From Eledone cirrhosa (Eukaryota): a stretch of DNA of 64,000 nt. Positions 55,667 through 64,000 of the stretch are shown here, piece by piece. Location of the stretch: assembly GCA_964016885.1 (NCBI GenBank), contig OZ024742.1, positions 153,202,001 to 153,266,000 on the forward strand, read 5' to 3'. Under the pieces are notes generated by a model that saw only the letters and a list, made by a program, of their open reading frames with translations, did not search any database and was not told the DNA's origin. Position 1 is the first letter of the stretch, and each line of letters begins with the position of its first letter. A program made the translations under genes and the position numbers.

Positions 55667-56834
55667 TATGTGTGTGTGTGTGGGGGTGGACCACTATTTT
55701 TGTGATACTGGTAACAATGGTGTACATTATTCGATATTTTCAGCAAAAACGATTCTCTCAAGAGAACATCAAAAACATTAATAATTAAAGGTGTGAAATG
55801 ATATATAGTATTGTCATAACTCCAATGTGTGTGTGAGTGTTCAGATTGTACGTACTGCAAGGGGAATCCATTAGGCCCTGCCGTATTGGAATACTTGTGT
55901 ACAAATATGTATGTACCCATCAGTGTGCAATGCATGTATGCGTATATGTATGTGTGTGTCTCGGCACGTGTATATCTATAGACATCAAAAGGTATGCAAA
56001 TTTGTGTACATTTGTGTTGCACCATAGAACATGTGTGTTTACGTATGTCATTGTGTTTTTATGTGGATAAAGATGTATGTAGGATGTATGCTGATGTAGG
56101 TATGTATGTTGACGTGTGTATGTTGTGGGTTCTTCTTAGGGAGAAGTGTTTAGACGGGGTCCATATTTGTTAATAACGTGAGATTCCTTGCTGATGCGCT
56201 GGGTGTGGGTGGCATTATCTTTAAATTTGTAGAGGGGAAAGATTATAAAGTTGGGATGATTTTGGGCGGCACAGGTATCAATGTGTTCACTCAGTGGTAT
56301 TTTCCTGTATTGCCGTATTTTAATTAGGTATCTATGGACAGTCATGCGTATAAGACAAGAGCTGAAATATATCTTTCAACATGTTAAAATAGCCCCCACA
56401 CACGTACAGACACATTCCTACTAAGCGATCCCTCTACCACGAATTTCTCTGCTACACACACACACACACACACACACACATATTTGTCTAATAGGCACCT
56501 GAACTGTTGATCTTTCAACATGACTACAATTCACACACACATCCCTACTGACCATTATCACAACAATGAACCTCTTTACTACACACACACACACATATTT
56601 GTCTTAAAAGACTTATTTTTCAGTGACTTCTCAATCAGGCGAAAAAGGACGCTCTTCGACAAACCTACATTTGGCGCAAAATCAATTTTTAACATTCACG
56701 TGACCACTACCGACAAATCAAAATTGTTTTGACCACAAGAACTTTTGCAACACGAATTGGCGCGAAACTTATTTTAATACCTCTGGAACCACTTTTTTCT
56801 CATAAAACAGGTAGAATTTCCAAAACTAATCAGA
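54880..56834 (-). mobile_element. 5'-truncated non-Naiad PLE (GIY-YIG C-terminus 56136-56345) with inverted 3' copy
   Basis: MTVHR..RKIPLSEHIDTCA..PNFIIFPLYK..RISKESHVINKYGPRLN; arms 55066-55553/56348-56834. Confidence 0.82.
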
Positions 56835-57407
56835 AATAAAAAAAAACGGAGTCAAAGTCTCACATTATTCTCCTTTAAATTGATGAGCTCCAGCAGTAGA
56901 TTCGAAGCTCTTCATAAATAAGCATATATAGGGAAGTACACATAGAGATACGTGTTCAATCATAAGGGATCAGAAACCACCAGAGTGACGAACATATTAA
57001 CTACGGAAGTAATGGTAAGCATAAATAAATTAAAAGACTATACTAAAGTGTAATGACCATCCGATTATAACTATAGCACCCGGAAATCCTCAAATTAGAA
57101 TATTATTTGCTCGTCGGCTGGTGCCTGTCACTACGATGAACACTTCTAAAAATATATCAGATGAATAAGAAAACACATATGGTATACAGGAAAGATATGT
57201 GCGTGGTATAGCCCATGGTAGTGTGCATAGACCAAAATATCGCTAAAAACAGCAGCTCAGAACCATTCAACTTTAGGAGCTCTACTAACATACAGAAATT
57301 AAAAAAACCGAGTTAAAGTCTCACATTAATCCCCTATAATTTAATGATCTCAAGGATAGATTCTGGGCTCTTTATAAATCAGCATATAGAGAGATAAGTG
57401 TTCATTC
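56832..57407 (+). repeat. Diverged direct repeat (56832-56960 vs 57294-57407)
   Basis: aaaaaaac.gagt.aaagtctcacatta.tc.cc..gctct..ataaat.agcatata in both. Confidence 0.7.
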
Positions 57408-59399
57408 TATCGGCCTTTCTCTTGGACAACACTGATGGCTTAGAAAGGGGACACTGGCATGCATGCGTTGCTTCTGGTTTTCCGAAGAATCCCCTTGCCT
57501 GCATTTATCCCTCATATGGAAAATTTCATGGTGCTAAACTCATGTCCAATCGCGACCGAAGGGTGGGGGTTCTTTGCCCAATCTGTATACATAGGTACAC
57601 ATAAAAATATATATGTACATATACATAGAGAAATAAATAAAAACATACATACGTACATGCTTACAATCACTGTATTTTTATTGAAATTATATATATTCAC
57701 ATTTTTCATATTACAGTAGATCTATGGATTTCAATATTTAACATGGGATTGAAATTGAGTACTGTTTGGTCTGTTTTTTTTATCACTAATCTACGCACAA
57801 ATAAGAGTACAAACCAGGGATTGTAGGTGCACCATATTTATAGCTACAGTAGTGGATTGTCAGTATCGGTAGAGCGTCAGACAACATGCTTGCCGGTATG
57901 TAGTTACGTCTGTGTACGTTCTGAATACAGACCCATCGGTGTTGGGGTTTCTTTGATCTCTACGGCGTCGATGAAACAGAGCATCACTAACTCACTGGAA
58001 TCGATTTTCTCTTTCACGAAAATTACTGACCTTGTGCCTATATCTAAACTTATTAACAGTGCCTCCTTCGTCGTGTGAATTGCTCACAGGCTGTTTCGTG
58101 ATGAATTCTATGCAATTAAAGATGACTAACAGATTTAAATATATTATATATGGCTTTTAAATTGTTTGTGTAACACGTAGATTTGTCTATTTCCACCCAA
58201 TTTAAAATATGTTTAACACTTTTGTGTGAGTTTTGTTATACATAAATTGGCCCTTGTGACAAATAAATGAAAAGAATAATCATTATTATTATTACTCTCG
58301 TTATGACTGTTGTATTATTGTGTGGTGTTGAATTTAGAACTCGTCACTTCGATAATATTTGTAAAGAGAACATCAAATATGCAAAGAAAACAATATCAAT
58401 GTTGCAATAAATGTCTTGTATAAAACCTCTTTCTTAGAAATTAGAAAATGTTGACTATAAATGACAAAATTGAAAATGCATATATTATATCGCTAGCATG
58501 TTATTATTGGCTTTTATCAGTTTGAAAATTGGAGAAACATATCAAGTTAAAAAAAAAAGCTACGCTCAATCTGAAATTATGCGAGCATATTATTTCAAAA
58601 TTGTGCTGCAAATATTGTAACATTTTTAGAATGGTTCGTGGAGGATTTGCTTTTATATAGTATTAATGTGAGAAAGATTACTGTTATTATTTTTTATGAT
58701 TACTATTATTATTTGTATTTCGACATTTAGTTTTTCAGTTTTTTACCATACCGGATTAGATGCCTAAATCTTTGTAAGTATAGTGAAGTTATATTTTGTG
58801 ACATGTCATATTTCAGTGATGGTAGATGCAGAATGTTAGTATGTATCAGTCGTAACTATTGATTTTATTGTACAGTTCCGTGTGTATTGTTTGTTTACAT
58901 TCGCATCGTTTTCTCTCAAAGTTTAAATTACGATATACATGACATACTTTGCAATATTTGAGAAGAGGAAATGTTATTTAATCTTCGTATTCTTTATCTA
59001 TATATCTTCGTCTATTTCTCCTGCCTATGTAATATCTAAGTCAACACAATTCTTTTCACGACTGTTTTATCGCAATTCTTTTCACCATATGTTTTACACA
59101 TCTTTGTCTCACATCATCCAAACACAATGTGACACTAGTCTGCTCATACAATTTCTTTAGCTGAGTGGAGTGCCTGGTGTGAAATTGTTTCACAGTTTTC
59201 GCCACGTGGCGTAGTTAAGATATACCACTTAAACTAGGGTATTAATTCTACCGATCAATTTTCTCTTTCTCTCACTTTCACTATTGATTATTTCCCCTCT
59301 GTCATCAAATTTTCAGTCAAACATATAATCCAATTGAATGTTGCTGAATAATATATCTTGCTTACAAATATTTCCAGTGGGAAGAAACATTTACACAGA

Positions 59400-59960
59400 T
59401 CCAAAGGTACAAGAAAATATGTTCGATTTTCTTCCATCCATTCGGAATTCACATTTGGCATTATGGCTGGTAGCCACCATACAATCGAGGAATCTGCCAC
59501 AATGGCCAGTTCAAATTAGACTAATGACGGACCGAAAACATATGCCAATAGAAGAGATTGTAGTGACAAGGCAAAATAAATTGGTATTTGGGTTCATGTA
59601 AAGTAGTTCTTGCCTACGATACATATAAAATTTGATACACCTGCTAGATTCAACACGGATCAACAAATTCAACCCTAACATGTGTAACAGAAAGCAAAGG
59701 AAAGAAGTTGGGTTTATCCAAAAAGATACCAAAAGATGGAGATTTGCACAGGACCACTTGAAGGGGAATTGAGCAATATCTGCCGATCACACATACGAGA
59801 TTAAACATTATCCAGAATTCATCACCAAGTCAAAAAACAGATATTGTTCTGTGTCAGATTTAGTCATCGTGATTGAGATTACTGTTCCCTATGAGTGCCG
59901 CGTAGAAGAAAAACACGTTTACTCATTGGCAAACGGCCCATTGAAAGAATACACGTTTTA
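59400..59960 (+). pseudogene. RLE-type non-LTR retrotransposon (HERO/NeSL-like) C-terminal relic
   Basis: MFDFLPS; YPEFIT; DIVL; VIEITVPYECRVEEKH resembling the IELTVPxE restriction-like endonuclease motif. Confidence 0.55.
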
Positions 59961-60297
59961 TTTATTTGGGTAGCTTCAAAATCCAAAAAGATTGTAAGTT
60001 TATCCAAGGCAAACTTCGCTTTGCCGATGCGTGTGTTTCTGTTACATTCTACCACAAGGTGATACCTTGTTTCGGGAGCATGCCTCCAACATAGGTGAAA
60101 TGGTCAACTTCTTTCAGCGGAATATATTTTGAAAATGATATTTTACAAATAATCTTCAACTTTTTCGTGATCGCGAGCAAACTCAGAAAAATATATCCAG
60201 GAGTAAAGCTATATAAAGGCTTGATAATAGATTCTGGTTTAGGAACAAGAGAAATAATTTTGCGGGAAGAGAAAATCAATTAAATCGATTACAGAGG

Positions 60298-60448
60298 GTT
60301 ACTGGTACTGTATTTTATCATCCTGATAAGGATCAAAGGCAAAGCTAACCTCGGGAGCTTGACTGCAGAACAAAACGTAAAGGGACGTAACTCTGTGCCG
60401 CAAAGTATAGTTTCCAATGTCCTACCGACACTGCGACTCCACCACCCT
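60298..60448 (-). mobile_element. Degenerate SINE copy
   Basis: ACTGGTACTGTATTTTATC..AAGGATCAAAGGCAAAG..CGTAAAGGGACGTAACT..CTACCGACACTGC. Confidence 0.7.
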
Positions 60449-61380
60449 GTATCAAAATGTAATAATAAATTATATATTGCATTCATGTAAGAAAACTTCT
60501 ATTTATGCGCCACTGTATGACATCTTACTATCTTACATGAAGTGAATGTTCAAAATACTTCAATTTTCTTTTTAGTTCATGTATGTTTTCATGTTTCCAG
60601 ACGTGTTTTATGTAAGAGGAATAGTTTAGATTCATAAATATAATATACAAAAATTATGATTTTGTGGAGGACAAAACTTGATGTGAAGTGAATTTACTCA
60701 TGACGTATAACTTGCATTCGTTGTCTCGTTTCGCTTGGGTAAAAAATATCTCGGTAAGTATGATTGATAGTCGTTGTCCATCTGATTCAGACAAAATAGA
60801 TGAGATGTCAAGATAATATTCTGTTCATACAGTGTGGTCTGTGATATGCAGTCCTTATTTATTTCCTATTGTTAGATATATTGACTTATCTCGGTATCGA
60901 CAATGTATGTTCTAGCTTTTCAATCACTGGAATATCCAACTCATATATTAACCTGTGTGGCTGAGTGCACGACAGAGAGTATCCCGTTTAAATTTAATCT
61001 CAGAAACATTCTGTCTGAAAAACAATGATATGAATGGCGTTTGCAATTACATGTACAAAAACAAATCCATCCGATGTACTAGTATGAATACGAGCCAAGC
61101 AAAATATTTGCCATGCACAGTGTTTACAACAATAAAGACAATACCACCACACCACGAAAAAAAAAAAAAAAAAAAGACGGCCAGAACAATCTCCCTAAAA
61201 CGAAAGACAAGCAACCAACACATAATGAGGAAATAGAGAATATCAATATAAAGAGTGTGGCATACATTTTTATTAAAGTTTGAGTTAAATTTAAACATTA
61301 AGCTTGGACATAATTTTGCATTAACTAAAAATTCCCTGGCTGTTGATACAACCAGCTCATTCACAGGCGCGAAACAATGA

Positions 61381-61575
61381 TTTCTTGTATAGGCACAAGG
61401 CCAGTAATTTTTTTTTTGAGTCGATGAAACCGACGCTAGTACGTTACTGGTGCTTTATTTTATCGAGCCCCGTAATCTCGGCGCGATTTGAACTCAGACC
61501 TTAAAGGACCGTAACACTATGCTTGCAAAGCATGGTGTCCGGCTCTCTACCGATACTGCCATTCCACCGCCCTAT
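61381..61575 (-). mobile_element. SINE with 16-bp TSD
   Basis: GATTTGAACTCAG (B box revcomp); TSD AGGCGC(G/T)AAACAATGA at 61365-61380 and 61576-61591. Confidence 0.85.
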
Positions 61576-62079
61576 AGGCGCTAAACAATGAGAGGAATTC
61601 GGATCCAACGGTTAGAAGTCATCCGACTTTAACAAAATTCCTTCAATCCCCTTCCATTTATTGATTTATTTATTTATTTATTTATTTATATAAATGGTCA
61701 TACACTTGCTTATATATGTGATTGTGTACAGACGTATACGATTTACTTTGTATGGAAGAATTAGTGAATGCTCACCCATGTGAGTATATATGTGTTCATG
61801 GGTGTATGTGACAGACCTTCAAAGTCCTTTGGCTCACAAATCCCACCCACTGCTGAAGTCGCAGATATAGATATGTCCCATTTTCCTCCATATTTATCTC
61901 ATCAGCTCCCCACCCCACAAGAGTCAAGCTTTTCCACTGGCGTGGCATGTGCGATAAGCGGAAGAACTGAATGAAACCTTCCAACTGTAACAATTTCTTC
62001 AACATTTTGGGTGTTAAATGAAACGGCTATTTGAAGGAGTACATTTTAATTATATAGATGGTTATAGTTGCTGTTCATG

Positions 62080-63790
62080 TGCTTGCTTTGAGCGACACAG
62101 ATACTCCCACACACAGCGTATGTCCTAGATGCTTTCTATCGGAAGCATCCTCACCCGAGTGGCCGACACCAGGGACGTCCCAGCACCTGTCAGTTACATT
62201 GCCTTGACCGTTTTCCCTGGAAACATGATTGAAGATGGTATGTGACCCAGCCACCTAACAGATCTAATATTTTCACATTTCACTGAGTACAATGTCTCCG
62301 GTCTACTGCTGCTCTAAAGAACAATCTTCGCTCTGTAAACATCCTCCGCCATGCCCGTGAACTTTTCTTCTCAGCCAACCTACTGCATTGAAGACGAATT
62401 GTGCCGATTGCACTCAGCAACATCTCCCGGCACTTGCACCAGGATAGCTAGCAGGGCAGTCATCGATGACCGGAGCGAGATACTAATCCATGTCCAGCAT
62501 TGACTGGTAATTAAAGTGCGGGTCTGAGACGACTGTTTATATGACCTGATATTTCATTCAGCACACGCCTCATTTGTTCCCTCACCTCCTAGAAAAGCCT
62601 GACATGCGAAGCGACTTTAAAAGCCTTAGGCCGGGTCATATCTTAGAGTCATGCTCACGTAATACTCAATAATACACACTGCTCCTTTGAGACACCCATC
62701 ACGGATGGCTGCTGGTATCAAAGTGATTTCGTCTGCGCCAGGTATCCAGCAATTGAACCAACTCGGCCTTGTCACCTTCTCACAGATAGCCTCGTGGAAT
62801 TCGATTCCATCATACGACATCGTGGTGAACTAATTTGCAATGTTAACTTTTACATTACCAGCTGGCAACTGGCGAACCACTCCGTTAAATCCATCGGCCT
62901 CGGCCTCTGACTCAATCACATTATCCTCCAGCGTCACTCTCATCAGCGAAACCCTCGGTTCGACGGCAGAAATTGATGCGTCCCGGGTGCTGGTGTTTGC
63001 TCTGGCCGATTGGACCAATTAAAAGCCTCGACGTCCTGCAATATACAGATGTCCAACGTAACTGAGACGACCCCAAGTGCATGTACATCTTCAGGCCGAC
63101 AACGGACCAACAGCATCTCGTCTATGTCCGTTCCGCCTCGCAAACAAACAGAAGGACGGGGATCAATTTGGTGCCCATCAAATGCTACCCTTTTTCATGA
63201 TGAGTGCACTCGCATCAGAGCAGTTCAGTGACTTGAAGTCCGATTGTGTAATCTACTCAAAAACTCTCGGGCAGCTGTTATTGAAAAGCTCGGCCTCCAC
63301 CCATTATTATGCCACTATAGTTCACGCCGGTTTCTCTGACACACCGGCATGATGAGCCTCGACACAGGCGGCTTCCTGTCAGACCTGGAGCCAACAGGAT
63401 TCGACTCTGAATCTAGTAAGCGCCCGAGTGAATAACCCTCCTCCTATTCAAGGGAAGTAAACCCCTAAACCTCGACGCAAATTATGATGACTTCTTCTCC
63501 GCCTGCAACCTTGTCACTTTGGCCGAAACCCAGGGCATCATCACCCGCCATGTAGAAGAGAGGAAGATAACCAAATACTTCCTTTTAGAACTTCTCGCAG
63601 TCGGGACCACAGATGTCCTCAGTTCTTGAACTGCTATTTTCTTAATTACAATCATGACCCGTCAGGTGATGTGTCTGTTGCAGCGGGTATCACTGGCCAT
63701 TCTTTGTGGTAATTTTATGTCATTTTGTCCGCAGGGCGCAGCCGAAGCACTACCCAGACTACCGTGTCACTCTCTCCCTCTCTCCGTTTC
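62080..63790 (-). mobile_element. GC-richer decayed element, possibly LINE ORF1/5' region
   Basis: Compositional shift; PVIDDCPA..WCKC near 62410-62475 may be a decayed zinc knuckle. Confidence 0.3.
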
Positions 63791-64000
63791 TTTCGTTGTT
63801 TAATTCATGTTTTCTTTCTCTTTTTTTCCGTTCGTTTTCTTGTTTCCCTGTGGTCAGCTATATTCTACAGATTTTATCACATTTTCCATTCAGTAAAATA
63901 CTATTTTCCATGAAATATTACTTCTAAGTAATTTATCGTTTCAGGGAACACCCTATATATTTATCGTTTGAGAATGGAACACCCTATATATTTACCATTG

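Overview
Eukaryotic, AT-rich, repeat-saturated DNA with no recognisable host exon. It looks cephalopod/octopus-like, inferred from the tRNA-derived MetaSINE-type SINE and dense (TA)n/(CA)n microsatellites. Penelope-like retroelements (PLEs) dominate: six Naiad-type copies (DKT motif, YRDD RT, CxC-x5-C-x5-C linker, GIY-YIG; not all motifs retained in each) and two of other clades. There are also RTE, L1/Tx1-like, HERO-like and possible Helitron relics. By manual folding I find about 24 type I hammerhead ribozyme (HHR) motifs of about 15 sequence types in 64 kb. Many have palindromic stem III (dimer-type) and three types carry a U3:A8 core variant. They sit in PLE 3' ends, ORF-less 200-400 bp fold-back mini-elements, solo units and alternating-orientation arrays, mostly next to (TA)n tracts. 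Most PLE insertions have a 3' segment copied in inverted orientation at the 5' end; the largest has ~2.7 kb arms. All folds and homologies were read by eye and need computational confirmation.
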